64,000 bases of DNA from Chloroflexota bacterium (GCA_964291655.2 OZ219801.1:704001-768000), one strand, 5' to 3'; shown: positions 1-10,339, counted from the stretch's first letter. Program-made: numbers and translations. The notes: generated by a model not told the origin, from the letters alone.

Positions 1-156
1 GAACCGGAAGCGTCTGTCCCACTTCTCGCCTGCGGTCAGACCACCCACGCGTTTACTACGCGCGAGGGCCGCGCCACGCGACTGCCCCAAAGTCATCCGC
101 TGTGGCAAGGCATGCGGAACGTCACTTTTCAGCCTGAATTCGTCTCAATTGCCTAA
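1..156 (+). CDS. C-terminal fragment of a probable acyl-CoA thioesterase (hotdog fold, YbgC/FadM-like); truncated by the window edge
   Basis: Frame 1 is open from base 1 to TAA 154-156: EPEASVPLLACGQTTHAFTTREGRATRLPQSHPLW...; LLAxGxTxHxFxxxxGRxxRLP resembles the last strands of 4HBT-type thioesterases. Confidence 0.5.
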   Translation, partial: EPEASVPLLACGQTTHAFTTREGRATRLPQSHPLWQGMRNVTFQPEFVSIA

Positions 157-174
157 CTGGGAGCGGCAACACCA

Positions 175-339
175 ATGACCAATCGCCCTCGGACGCAAAA
201 ACGCTCCGTGTTGCGGCTCGTCCTCTACGCGTTGGTGCTGCTCACGCTCGTCATAGCATTCCTCTACGCTTACGAGCTGATAGGCGGACTCGTCGACTCC
301 TTGCTGGAGTTCGTCGGAGACATCATCGGCCAACTCTAA
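175..339 (+). CDS. Small single-pass membrane protein (54 aa), not in the ORF track
   Basis: GGGAG at 159-163, ATG 175, TAA 337-339; MTNRPRTQKRSVLRLVLYALVLLTLVIAFLYAYELIGGLVDSLLEFVGDIIGQL has a basic N-terminus followed by a hydrophobic helix. Confidence 0.55.
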   Translation: MTNRPRTQKRSVLRLVLYALVLLTLVIAFLYAYELIGGLVDSLLEFVGDIIGQL

Positions 340-352
340 CGCAGTGAATCGG

Positions 353-364
353 GAACATACGTTC
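353..364. promoter_or_regulatory. LexA-like palindrome GAAC-N4-GTTC, target unclear
   Basis: GAACATACGTTC matches the Firmicutes/Chloroflexota SOS box; it overlaps a CAGTGAA...TTCACTG hairpin and no convincing gene starts nearby. Confidence 0.25.
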
Positions 365-640
365 ACTGAGATTGTCCTCAAGCCGGTCTGCCGTCAAAAG
401 CACTCCAATGCGATTGACTCCAATTCTAGCGGTCTTTTCAAACTCCAAGGCACAGCTAGCTAGAGGATGAAAGGCCATCCCACATTACCCTCTGTAACCA
501 AGTATCAAGGTTTGGCTCATAGTCGCTGACGAGTTCTTGGGTCGTACTTCATTCTCATTTGGAGTGCCTTCTGCAAGACCACCCTCTTCCTTGCTGTTAC
601 CAGTGAGAAGGTCGCACATCGTCCTTCAATTGGACCGAGT

Positions 641-1543
641 CTAATTCTGAGGCTGTGGAGTTGGCGTTGGTGTTGGCGTTGGCGTAGGCGGCCTAGGCTT
701 ATAAATCCAAACTTCACATTCGCTATCAGGAACACTTAGATCTCTATAGCACTTGGCATCCGGAGGAAGATGGGGAGGAGGTCGGCGATTTGGGTCGTAT
801 CCCAGTGTTATCCCTGTTGGCGTTGGAGCCGGTGTTGGCGTTGGCTCCGGTATGGGGGTTGCAGTTGGTTGTGGAGTTGGCGTTGGCTCCGGTGTGACCG
901 TTGGAGTCGGTATTGGCGTTGTCGCCAGTTTTGGGGCTGTAATTGGTTGTGGAGCTGGCGTTGACTCTGGTGTGACCGTTGAAGTCGGTATTGGCGTTGT
1001 CGCCTGTTTGGGGGTTCTAGATTGTTGTGGAATTGGCGTTGGCGCCGGTATAGACTTTGTTCTTGATGGTGGAACTGACGTTGGCGTCGGTATGGACTGT
1101 GGCGCCGGTATCGACTTTGTTGTTGATGGTGAAGCTGACGTTGGCACCGGAATGGACTGTGGTGTCGGTGTAGGAGCCGGGGTGGGAATTCTTCCGCCGG
1201 GTGCGTAATCCTGCTCCCAAGGGAAGCGCTCCGAGTCAAGGCGCTTTTCAAGTCCGTTCGGGCCGTTGACCCAGGTGTGATAGCCGTCAGTAAATGCGGT
1301 GTAGTTGTCGGCCTTACGCCAGACCAGCAACCCGCCGGTGGTGGCCTGAGTGCTGTCGCCATTCTCGCTGTAGCGCTCATTCTCCAAGCACTCGCCCACA
1401 ATCTCGTGGCCGCTAAGGTCGCGCAGGGTTTTGAACCCTAAGACGAATTCGCAGTCTACTGCCGCCACAGATGCGAGCGTTAGTGATGCAACGGCTAGCC
1501 CGAGGAGAATACCTATAAATGCGCGTCGAAAGTGAACCGGCAT
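641..1543 (-). CDS. Secreted protein: N-terminal globular domain plus a long Pro/Thr-rich linker with internal repeats
   Basis: Signal peptide (RRAFIGILLGLAVASLTLASVAA); GGGAG RBS; domain CEFVLGFKTLRD...TAFTDGYHTWVNGP...ERFPWE; 20-aa x2 and 26-aa x2 repeats in the PT region. Confidence 0.75.
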   Translation of the reverse strand: MPVHFRRAFIGILLGLAVASLTLASVAAVDCEFVLGFKTLRDLSGHEIVGECLENERYSENGDSTQATTGGLLVWRKADNYTAFTDGYHTWVNGPNGLEKRLDSERFPWEQDYAPGGRIPTPAPTPTPQSIPVPTSASPSTTKSIPAPQSIPTPTSVPPSRTKSIPAPTPIPQQSRTPKQATTPIPTSTVTPESTPAPQPITAPKLATTPIPTPTVTPEPTPTPQPTATPIPEPTPTPAPTPTGITLGYDPNRRPPPHLPPDAKCYRDLSVPDSECEVWIYKPRPPTPTPTPTPTPQPQN

Positions 1544-1807
1544 CGACCCTCTCCCTTAATCTCAACGTGAATCACGGGAACCCTTGGCACGTTACAAAGT
1601 ACCATACCTATACCAATTTAAGCAGTATAAGTTTACAAGTACATCTGCAAGCTACTATACGACTTCACCTTGTCAACAAAAGGGAGAACATACTAGTAGC
1701 GTAGGCGTGCAGCAGCGGTGCCAAGAATGGCAAAAGAGAGGGAAAGGAGCAAAGAATAATACAAGGAGTCGGTCTATTTGCCCTAGTGAGCAACTGGAGA
1801 CGGTTGC

Positions 1808-3223
1808 TTAGTCGGGTACCGGAGTGGGCGGCGGTTTCGGAGTGAGATACTCCTCGATAGCGTCGTGGGCGGTTTGCGCCGCTTCCTCAATGGGAACTTG
1901 GCCCCGCGCCACGGGCAGGGTGAGCCGGTTGAAGATCTGCCAACTCAACACGGTTGAGGTTGCCAGGTGGGAAGGCACACTGTCCACCAGGAGTTCCAGC
2001 AATACGTCCCGCGCTATGGGGTCGAGCAATAAGGACATGTACTTGCCAGCCGGCTTGTTGATGAATCCCTGCGCTTCCGTAACGGCCGGCACCAAGCGAA
2101 TCTGGCCGAGGTGATGTCCCAGATGCAGCATGGTCGCGAAGCCCGCGTCGCCATGCTGGCTGCCGACCGGCATCACCAGCGCCTCCTGCAGGCCGAGTGG
2201 TGTCCCGCTGCGGTTTTCTTTGGGTATCACTGCGGGCATGCGGTCCGCCCGCAGCCTGCCAAAGAATGGATTGAAGACCATCGCTGTCTGCAGGCGCTGG
2301 CCGTCAATGGTGCCGCGCAGCGCATTGGAGTCTACATCCGGGCCATGCGGCATAACGCCATGGATGCGGCCGAGTTCCTGCCAGAAGCGGATGCCGCGTT
2401 GCGCCGCCGGTTCGGTAAGCTTGATCTCCCCCGTATCCAAATCTACGGCGTCGCCGCCCTCTTGGAGCACAAAAGGCAGCCAGCCCGGAATGCTCCACTC
2501 CGTATATCCCCATAGGTCGATCTTCGTATCGCCGTCAACGTCCCGCGTCAGCGACTTGGCCGCGAAGATGAAGTCCTCGTGGTTCCACGTGTGCGTCGGC
2601 GTCGCTACTTTGAATTCCTCGAACTTTGTGCTGTTGTACATCACCATAGCCGGCAGCACGGCCAGCGGTACGGCCATGAGCTGGCGTCGATAGCGCGACA
2701 ATTGCAGCGCGTTACCCGCGAAAGACTCAAGCAGGTTGCTGTCATCCGTCTGGGCGTAGCGATCCAGCGGCGCGAGGATTTGGTGGGTAAAGGCGCGCGG
2801 AAAGTCCAACGCGGAGTGCATCCAGGCGATGTCGAGCGGCGCACCGCTCGCGTCGCGGGCGACGACGAACTCCCAAAAAGCATCGCGCCACGACTTACCG
2901 CTCGGCCGCAGTATCTCTACGGCTTCTAGCTGCGAGCGCGGCGTGGGGCCGTCAATTTGCTCCTCGTTCCAGGCGCTGATGGCATTGTTGGCCTCGGTGG
3001 GGATGCCGGCGAGGCGCGCCATAAAGGCAAACGTCAGGGTCACCGGCTCGGCTGATTGGCCGCCGTCGGAGGATCGCGGGGCCTCCCGGAATGGCGCTTT
3101 GCCTTCAAGCTCGGGCCTTGCGCTTGCGCGCCCCGGACCCCCGCCGCAGGCCGCGAGTACTGCAGCACTCCCACACAAAGCAGCCAGCGTCGCTACACAC
3201 TCTCGTCTCGTCATCTCGTTCAC
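1808..3223 (-). CDS. Tat-exported lipoprotein, ABC extracellular solute-binding protein (family 1, carbohydrate-like)
   Basis: MTRRE twin-arginine, LAAC lipobox, LAPLD, MYNSTKF, WNHEDF..AAKSLT motifs. Confidence 0.8.
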   Translation of the reverse strand: MNEMTRRECVATLAALCGSAAVLAACGGGPGRASARPELEGKAPFREAPRSSDGGQSAEPVTLTFAFMARLAGIPTEANNAISAWNEEQIDGPTPRSQLEAVEILRPSGKSWRDAFWEFVVARDASGAPLDIAWMHSALDFPRAFTHQILAPLDRYAQTDDSNLLESFAGNALQLSRYRRQLMAVPLAVLPAMVMYNSTKFEEFKVATPTHTWNHEDFIFAAKSLTRDVDGDTKIDLWGYTEWSIPGWLPFVLQEGGDAVDLDTGEIKLTEPAAQRGIRFWQELGRIHGVMPHGPDVDSNALRGTIDGQRLQTAMVFNPFFGRLRADRMPAVIPKENRSGTPLGLQEALVMPVGSQHGDAGFATMLHLGHHLGQIRLVPAVTEAQGFINKPAGKYMSLLLDPIARDVLLELLVDSVPSHLATSTVLSWQIFNRLTLPVARGQVPIEEAAQTAHDAIEEYLTPKPPPTPVPD

Positions 3224-3262
3224 CCTGATTCGTCAAACGCCTATTCTTCTGAATCCTCGTCA

Positions 3263-4588
3263 CTAACGAGGCGGTGAACCGAGCCATTCACGTACCACGG
3301 CGGCACCGTTCTCCAGGGCGGCAGGGGCAGCGAGACTGCCTCTCAGCGCCGGCAAGGCCATCCGCTCGGTCAAGGTCTTCCCTAATCCACTATACAACGA
3401 GAGCGTGGTGCCGACACTATACGAGAGGCTTCGCAAGACCACGTCCGCTCGGTCCAGCCCCAATGCAAGGTCAGCGTGCATGCGGTTGGGACGACGGATG
3501 AACTCAATTGCGTTATTGCGCGGTGGCACTAACAACTGTGACCCTAGTTGTGCGGCCAGCGGTTTGGCAACGGCGTAGGCAGCGTCAAGATTCGCGCTGT
3601 GCGCGGAAGCGCCAACCATGTCGGAGACCAACATGGGTACGGATTGGGACGGCCCGTTGGGTGTCCCAACAAAGGCGAACGGCAATGAGTAAGGCTCCGT
3701 GTTGTGCCAGTTGATGAGTTCGAGGCGCAGCGGCGCTGTGGAAGAACCGTTTCGCCGCCGCATGATTGCATCCATGGTGACGTGCGGCCCGCCTTCCAGC
3801 GCCCGATAGCGGTGTGCAAGTTCCATCCAAAATTGCAGCCCGCGCCGGGCCTCTGACTGGTCAAGCGTCGTGCTGCCGGCGCCAAGGTCGGCAACCCGCC
3901 CGCCTGCGCCAACAATTAAAGGCAACCAAGCGGGAACGGTCGTCGTGCCAAACCCCCAAACAGTGCCCCTGTCCGCAGTGTGTGTCAGCGCCGCGGCCAT
4001 CGTGGCAAATTCATCCCACGTCCAACTTGACATTGGCGGGGGCATCTCCCGCGCCGTGAGGACTTCAGTATCATATCGCACTGAAAGAATGCCCAGCGCC
4101 GCCGGGAGCGCCATCTGCTGTCCCCAAAACTCTAGGGCGCGCAATGACTCAGGATGGTAGCCCTTCAGTGTATTGTTCGTGTCGTTATCGAGAAAGGGGT
4201 TTAAGGGACGCAGCAAGTCGCCGCGCAAGATCTCCGGGAGGTCATCCTGTAAACTGAACCAGATAACGTCGGGAGCCTCGCCTGCCGCAACGCGCTGGCG
4301 AATTGCCGTCACAAACGAACGGCCGGGCGTGGCTACGATCCTGTGTACTTCTCTGATGGTGGGTATGCCGTCGCGCCCGCCGGGCGCCAACCCGTAGCGC
4401 ACCGTCGGCAACGCCTTGTCCAATACGGCGTTCACCCGGTCACCGGCTCGCACGGCAACGGTGACGGTGACCTCCTCCGGCACTGGCGTCGGCGCATCGG
4501 GGGCGCCGCGTTTACCGCAGGCAAGCAACAGACCGCTGCCAAGGCCTGCACTGCCGGCTCGTAACAATTCTCGTCGCGTCATGGGCAA
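3263..4588 (-). CDS. Tat-exported lipoprotein, ABC extracellular solute-binding protein (family 1)
   Basis: MTRRELL, LLAC lipobox, AGEAPDV, LRPLN, WTWDEF..MAAALT. Confidence 0.8.
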   Translation of the reverse strand: MPMTRRELLRAGSAGLGSGLLLACGKRGAPDAPTPVPEEVTVTVAVRAGDRVNAVLDKALPTVRYGLAPGGRDGIPTIREVHRIVATPGRSFVTAIRQRVAAGEAPDVIWFSLQDDLPEILRGDLLRPLNPFLDNDTNNTLKGYHPESLRALEFWGQQMALPAALGILSVRYDTEVLTAREMPPPMSSWTWDEFATMAAALTHTADRGTVWGFGTTTVPAWLPLIVGAGGRVADLGAGSTTLDQSEARRGLQFWMELAHRYRALEGGPHVTMDAIMRRRNGSSTAPLRLELINWHNTEPYSLPFAFVGTPNGPSQSVPMLVSDMVGASAHSANLDAAYAVAKPLAAQLGSQLLVPPRNNAIEFIRRPNRMHADLALGLDRADVVLRSLSYSVGTTLSLYSGLGKTLTERMALPALRGSLAAPAALENGAAVVREWLGSPPR

Positions 4589-4669
4589 AACCCCCGCAAA
4601 GAACTGTCCTTAGGCTACATACTCCCACTGCGCTTCAAATGTGTCAATCGCCTGGCGCAATGTTCCGGC

Positions 4670-5332
4670 TCAACTACGGAGCGCGAACTTCACCAGGGTC
4701 CACAACGCGTGCGGCCCATCAATCCAAGGATTGAGCTTGCGCTCTTTGCGTGGCGTGTAAGATATCGGCACCTCACGAATGCCATAGCCTAGCTTCAGAA
4801 TTTTCGCCGTGATCTCCGGCTCCAATTCAAAGCCCGAAGACTCGATAGTGAATCGATCAACAACCTCCCTGGCCATCATCTTGTAGCACGTCTCCATGTC
4901 ATGCAGCGAGGCGCGAAACAGAATACGTGTTACTAGGGAAAGGAACAGGTTGCCGAGACGCCGGACGAACTCCTGGTGTTCCAACGACCGCACGCCATAG
5001 ACCACCTTGGTCTCGCCCCGCGCAATCGGTTCCAGCAACGCCGGAAAGTCCGCCGGGTCGTATTCCAAATCGGCATCCTGAATGACGACCACGTCTCCCG
5101 TCGCCGCCGCCAACGCGGTGCGAATTGCCGCGCCCTTTCCCCTATTCTCCGGGTGATAAACAATGTGGTACCGCTCGTTCTGAATAGACTGTAGCACTGC
5201 TGTCGTGCCGTCCGATGAGCCATCGTCTACTATGACGATCTCTTTCTCCAAAGAGACATCCGCCACGCGTTCCAGGACCGCGCGCACGGTCTCGCATTCA
5301 TTGTAAACCGGAATCAAAACGGAGAGTTTCAT
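4670..5332 (-). CDS. Glycosyltransferase family 2, polyprenol/dolichol-phosphate sugar synthase-like
   Basis: Start moved to ATG 5332 (MKLSVLIPVYNE); IVDDGSSDGT, NRGKGAA, QDADLEYDP, DMETCYK, FELEPE. Confidence 0.9.
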   Translation of the reverse strand: MKLSVLIPVYNECETVRAVLERVADVSLEKEIVIVDDGSSDGTTAVLQSIQNERYHIVYHPENRGKGAAIRTALAAATGDVVVIQDADLEYDPADFPALLEPIARGETKVVYGVRSLEHQEFVRRLGNLFLSLVTRILFRASLHDMETCYKMMAREVVDRFTIESSGFELEPEITAKILKLGYGIREVPISYTPRKERKLNPWIDGPHALWTLVKFALRS

Positions 5333-5623
5333 AGCAGCTACACCATCGGTTGCAAGAATCAAGAACCCAAACGCACTGGGAGGGGCGAGGCACTCAGGGA
5401 ATGCCCAACGGGGCAATGAGTGTCGGCAAATGCGTAGCTCAGAGTAAGTCAGGTCAAGGTTGGTTTGGGAGCGCCCCTACTATATCATTGGGTCCATAAC
5501 TGAGTAAACACCTCCCACGATTCGATCTTGCCGGCGCCAAGCTGCACTGCTCTCGAGACCAGGGCAGGCCGCGACCGCGCTGTGCAGGATCATCTCCCAT
5601 AATGCAGCGCCAAGGAGCACACA

Positions 5624-7336
5624 ATGGCCACGCCGCCGTACACCGTACACGTGGAACAAAATGTCGCCGTGCCCATGCGGGATGGCGTTGTCTTGCGCGC
5701 AGACGTTTACCGACCGGAGGCTGCGGGGCCGTTTCCGGTAATCCTCACGCGCACGCCGTACAACAAGACTGCCTTAGACGGTGGTGCGTCTCCTACCTAC
5801 GAAACCCTGGCTGCGTCAGGGTATCTCGTCGTGGCGCAAGACGTGCGCGGCCGCTATGCCTCAGACGGTGAATTCACGCCGCTCTTTGCCTTTGGCTATC
5901 CCGATATCGAAGACGGCTACGATACGGTTGAGTGGTGTGCACAGCTTTCGGATTCGACCGGAAATGTAGGAATTTTCGGCAATTCTTACGGCGGCTTCAC
6001 CTCGTATTGCGCCGCTTTCAGCCAGGCCCCCAGCCTCCGCTGCGTCTTTGCCGAAGGTATGACCCAGCGCCTCACGGACTTTGAGCCGCACTTCCGTCCC
6101 GGACGCCGCTTTGCCTGGTCTATGTGCACCATCGCGCCGGACATTCGTCTCAAGCAGGGCCTGGGTGGGCCGCATCACAAGGAGATAGCCGACCAACTTT
6201 GGGAACGTGAACGCCACAAATGGCTGTGGTTCCTGCCCCGCAAGGACATACCGGACGATCACTTTGGCGGGCCTGTGCAGGCCGCCTACTACCGCACGCT
6301 CATGACCGAGGCCGGCGTCGACACGTTCCAGTGGCAAGACCGCTACCCGGACGTCCGCGTACCGGTATTCCATCGCACGGGCTGGTACGACCGCTTCGTG
6401 CGCGCGATCGACGGCCATACGCTCATGGCACAGCAGGCCGGCACGCCGGAGGCCCGCGCCGGGCAGCGCACCATGATTGGGCCATGGGGACACACCAGCG
6501 CCCTAAACGTCTACGAAGGCGAACTGGATTTCGGTCCGGACGGCCTTGTGGAGCAAACCGAGCTCTTGCTCCGCTGGTTTGACTTCTGGCTCAAAGACCA
6601 GGATACCGGCATCATGGACGAGGGGCCGATTAGCCTCTATATTCTTGGCGACAATGCGTGGCGCAACGAGAGTGAATGGCCGCTCGCGCGTACGCAGTAC
6701 ACCGACTATCACCTACACAGCAACGGCAACGCACAGACCCCTCACGGCGACGGCGCCCTTTCGCCAGGTCAGTCGGGTGACGAGTCGCCCGACCAGTTTG
6801 TCTACGATCCCCGCGATCCGGTGCCCTCTTGCCATCTGATGCACGACCAGGACGGCGTCTTCGACCAGCGCGTGCTGGATTCTCGCCAGGATGTGCTCGT
6901 CTACCAAACGGACCCTTTGACTGAGGCCCTGGAGGTGACCGGCGAACCGGTACTGCACCTGTATGCCGCTACCAGCGCCGTAGACACGGACTTTATGGCG
7001 AAACTGGTAGACGTCCACCCCAATGGCTTTGCGCAAAACCTCAGTTACGGTGTCGTGCGCGCCCGCTACCGCAATGGCTATGAGTCGTCGCAACTGCTAA
7101 CGCCCGGACAGGTGTATGAATTCACCATCACGCTCAACCCGATCGCCAATGTCTTTCAACCCGGCCACCGCCTGCGCCTGGATATATCCAGCAGCGACTT
7201 TCCCAATTGGGACCGCAATCTGAACACCGGCAGCGACGGCTACGCGGATGCCACGATGGTCAGCGCCCGCCAGACCGTGCTCCACGATGCCAACCACCCA
7301 ACGCGCATCACTTTGCCCGTTATTCCCAGGGACTAG
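5624..7336 (+). CDS. CocE/NonD family alpha/beta hydrolase
   Basis: PMRDGVVLRADVYRP, RTPY, QDVRGRYASDG, GNSYGG nucleophile elbow, GWYD, GPWGH, C-terminal SSSDFP. Confidence 0.9.
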   Translation: MATPPYTVHVEQNVAVPMRDGVVLRADVYRPEAAGPFPVILTRTPYNKTALDGGASPTYETLAASGYLVVAQDVRGRYASDGEFTPLFAFGYPDIEDGYDTVEWCAQLSDSTGNVGIFGNSYGGFTSYCAAFSQAPSLRCVFAEGMTQRLTDFEPHFRPGRRFAWSMCTIAPDIRLKQGLGGPHHKEIADQLWERERHKWLWFLPRKDIPDDHFGGPVQAAYYRTLMTEAGVDTFQWQDRYPDVRVPVFHRTGWYDRFVRAIDGHTLMAQQAGTPEARAGQRTMIGPWGHTSALNVYEGELDFGPDGLVEQTELLLRWFDFWLKDQDTGIMDEGPISLYILGDNAWRNESEWPLARTQYTDYHLHSNGNAQTPHGDGALSPGQSGDESPDQFVYDPRDPVPSCHLMHDQDGVFDQRVLDSRQDVLVYQTDPLTEALEVTGEPVLHLYAATSAVDTDFMAKLVDVHPNGFAQNLSYGVVRARYRNGYESSQLLTPGQVYEFTITLNPIANVFQPGHRLRLDISSSDFPNWDRNLNTGSDGYADATMVSARQTVLHDANHPTRITLPVIPRD

Positions 7337-7569
7337 CCCGCAAATTGTCTACGGGCACTACAATCGGACCTATCCAAAAACCGACTCAAATTGGGTCAGG
7401 TGGCACTTACTTCTCCATGCACGCGCCCGGTTCGCCGTCCAAGCCAGTAGCAATGGAATGCGTTGCACACCTGCTGAATCCCAATTTTTCAGCTACAATA
7501 GCTGTGATTACCCATTTGCCTGTCGCAATTGGGCTATTTCCGATACAAGCTATGAAACAAGGATAGGCC

Positions 7570-10227
7570 GTGCGCACTGACGAAATTCGCCAACGCTTTC
7601 TCGACTATTTTGCAGAAAAAGAGCATCTTGTCATGCCGGGATCATCGCTCATTCCACAGAGCGATCCCAGCGTCTTGCTCACCAGTGCCGGCATGCAGCA
7701 ATTCAAGGACTATTACCTCGGCCTCGCAGATCCGCCACGGCCGCGCATTGCCACCGTCCAGAAGTGCCTGCGCACCGATGACATCGACGAGGTCGGCGAC
7801 CAGTCGCACCTCACCTTCTTCGAGATGCTGGGCAACTTTGCCTTTGGCGATTATTTCAAAGAAGAGGCCATCGCCTTTGCCTGGGAACTCGTGACCGAGC
7901 GCTTTCCCTTTGCCAAGGAGCAGGTGTGGGCAACCGTATTCGGCGGTGAAGATGACCTCGGCCCCGATGAATCTGCCGAGCGGGCGTGGCTGGCAGTCGG
8001 CGTGCCGCCGGAGCGCATAGTCCGTTACTCAGGCTGGAAAGAGAATTGGTGGGGCCCTACCGGTGATTCCGGCCCCTGCGGGCCGTGTTCGGAGATCCAT
8101 CTTGAGCTCGTGCCGAATACCGATGGTCACGACTGCCTGGGTCCGGCCTGCCCCTGCGGCCGCTTTCTTGAAATCTGGAACCTCGTGTTCAATCAGTATT
8201 TCTCACGTGCGAGCAACAGCAATCTCAGCGCCGACGCCCTGACACCTCTTGACAGCGTTGGCGTGGACACAGGGGCCGGTCTGGAACGCTGGGCCGTGGC
8301 GCTTCAGGGCGTTGCCACCCCGTACGATACGGACCTCTTCCAGCCGATCGTGCAGCAGGCGGCGCAGTTGCTCGGCTGCACCTACGGCGACCACGCGGAG
8401 CAAGACGTTGGCCTCCGCATCATATGCGAGCACGCGCGCGCTGCCGTCTTTCTGATTGGAGACGGCATCCTGCCGGGCAACGTGGGGCGTAGTTACGTGC
8501 TCCGCCGCCTGATCCGGCGCGCCATGCGCCACGCGTACCTGCTGGGCCGTCGGGAGCCCATGCTGGCCGCACTGTGCCGGACTGTCATCGCGCATATGGG
8601 TACAGCGTACCCTGACATACGTGCGCGCGAGGACTTCATTTTGCGCATGATCACGCAGGAGGAAGAGCGCTTCTTGCGCAACGTGAACCAGGGTCTGCCA
8701 ATTCTCTCTGGAATGCTGGAAGACGCGGAGCAAGTAGGCGGCACAATTCTCGGGGGAGCGGATGCGTTTCTGCTCCATGACTCGTACGGCTTTCCCATTG
8801 AGCTCACCCGAGAAGTCGCCGCCAGTCGCGGGATTATGGTGGATGAAGAAGCCTACCAAGCCGCGCTCCGCGAGCAGCAGGAACGCAGCCGCCAGAGCGC
8901 GCAATTCGAAATCGTGCAAAACCTGCCAACCGACTTTGCAGGCGTAGACTTCACTGGGTACGAAGCAACCACTGATACCGGCACCGTCGTCGGCATACAG
9001 CAAGGCGACGAGCGCGCCGGCAGGCTGGAAGCCGGAGAAGAGGGCGTCATTGTGCTTGACCGCACACCTTTCTATGCGGAAGGCGGCGGCCAGGTGGGAG
9101 ACACCGGGCGTATTGAGAACACTGATGGCATCTTCCGCGTGGAAAACACGTACTCGCCGCAACCCGGCCTCATCGCTCACCAGGGCCGTGTGACGGAAGG
9201 CGCGATCGTGGCTGATAGTTCGGTCTCGGCGACCGTCGACCAAGAGAGACGCGCCAACACCGCGCGCAACCATACGGCGACCCATCTCATGCACGCCGGC
9301 CTGCGCAGCGTGCTCGGAGACCACGTCCAGCAATCCGGGTCGCTGGTCGCGCCGGACCATCTGCGCTTCGACTTTTCCCACCCTGAGGCCCTTTCGCATC
9401 AGGAGATTGAGGAAGTCGAGAGACGCGTTAACACCCTCGTACAGTCAAACTTGCAATCAGAGATCGCACATCTGGAAACGTCGGAGGCGGTGGCCGCCGG
9501 CGCGCTGGCGCTCTTTGGCGAGAAATACGGCGAGACCGTGCGCGTTATCACTATCGGTGACGTGAGCAAAGAGCTCTGCGGCGGCACGCACGTCCCCGCC
9601 ACCGGTTCCATTGGACTCTTTGTAATCCAGAGTGAGTCTAGTATTGGCGCGGGCCTGCGCCGCATTGAGGCGCTTACGGGCCCCGCCGCTGTACGCCACG
9701 TTCAAGAGCAGAATGCTCTACTGCTCGACCTCTCCCACACCCTGGAAGCACCGCCGCAAGAGCTCGGCGAACGCACTGCCGCTTTGCGTGAGGAACTCGC
9801 CCAACAACGGCGAGAGATTGCACGTTTGGAGCGCGGGCAGGCAGGCCAACAGGTGGAGCATCTCATCGCCGCTGCCGAGGTCGTAGATGACATGAAGCTG
9901 GTCGTAGGACGCGTGGACGTTGCCAATGTCGAGAACTTCCGCGAACTCGGCGACAGGGTCAAGGATCGACTCGAGGGCTCCGGGGCATTGCTGCTCGGCT
10001 CCATCCTCAACGACCGCCCCCAGTTTCTCATTATGACAACCAAGGGTCTATCTCAGCGAGGCGTCCATGCCGGTAACCTCGTGCGCGCGGTTGGCAAAGT
10101 GGCAGGCGGCGGCGGCGGCGGCGGACCCGAAACGGCCCAGGCCGGCGGCCGCGACCCTGGAAAACTGGACGAGGCCCTGGCGAACGGCGCACAGCTCCTC
10201 CGGGAAGCAATGACAAGCGGCCGGTAG
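7570..10227 (+). CDS. alaS: Alanine--tRNA ligase
   Basis: AGMQQFK, HLTFFEMLGNF, GPCGPCSEI, DTGAGLER, FYAEGGGQVGD, NHTATH, ELCGGTH, C-terminal GGGGG. Confidence 0.98.
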   Translation: MRTDEIRQRFLDYFAEKEHLVMPGSSLIPQSDPSVLLTSAGMQQFKDYYLGLADPPRPRIATVQKCLRTDDIDEVGDQSHLTFFEMLGNFAFGDYFKEEAIAFAWELVTERFPFAKEQVWATVFGGEDDLGPDESAERAWLAVGVPPERIVRYSGWKENWWGPTGDSGPCGPCSEIHLELVPNTDGHDCLGPACPCGRFLEIWNLVFNQYFSRASNSNLSADALTPLDSVGVDTGAGLERWAVALQGVATPYDTDLFQPIVQQAAQLLGCTYGDHAEQDVGLRIICEHARAAVFLIGDGILPGNVGRSYVLRRLIRRAMRHAYLLGRREPMLAALCRTVIAHMGTAYPDIRAREDFILRMITQEEERFLRNVNQGLPILSGMLEDAEQVGGTILGGADAFLLHDSYGFPIELTREVAASRGIMVDEEAYQAALREQQERSRQSAQFEIVQNLPTDFAGVDFTGYEATTDTGTVVGIQQGDERAGRLEAGEEGVIVLDRTPFYAEGGGQVGDTGRIENTDGIFRVENTYSPQPGLIAHQGRVTEGAIVADSSVSATVDQERRANTARNHTATHLMHAGLRSVLGDHVQQSGSLVAPDHLRFDFSHPEALSHQEIEEVERRVNTLVQSNLQSEIAHLETSEAVAAGALALFGEKYGETVRVITIGDVSKELCGGTHVPATGSIGLFVIQSESSIGAGLRRIEALTGPAAVRHVQEQNALLLDLSHTLEAPPQELGERTAALREELAQQRREIARLERGQAGQQVEHLIAAAEVVDDMKLVVGRVDVANVENFRELGDRVKDRLEGSGALLLGSILNDRPQFLIMTTKGLSQRGVHAGNLVRAVGKVAGGGGGGGPETAQAGGRDPGKLDEALANGAQLLREAMTSGR

Positions 10228-10339
10228 CTGTGTTCCTGATTTTCTCCGCCTAACGACACATCTTGTCAAAACCTCCCCATTTCAGGCATCGTAGAGAATG
10301 AGTTGAATGAAAAGCACTTGACTTGCAAGGAGTTTCAGC

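Noticed and set aside
145-381. 78-aa minus-strand ORF in the track
   Set aside because: The opposite-strand 175-339 ORF has an RBS, a TM helix and operon-like spacing
7337-7569. T-box riboswitch upstream of alaS
   Set aside because: Only a partial GGTGGCAC match; no specifier stem or terminator recognised
8203-9399. Long antisense ORFs opposite alaS, GMC, sulfatase, DegT and thyX
   Set aside because: Expected shadows of high-GC codon usage opposite well-supported genes
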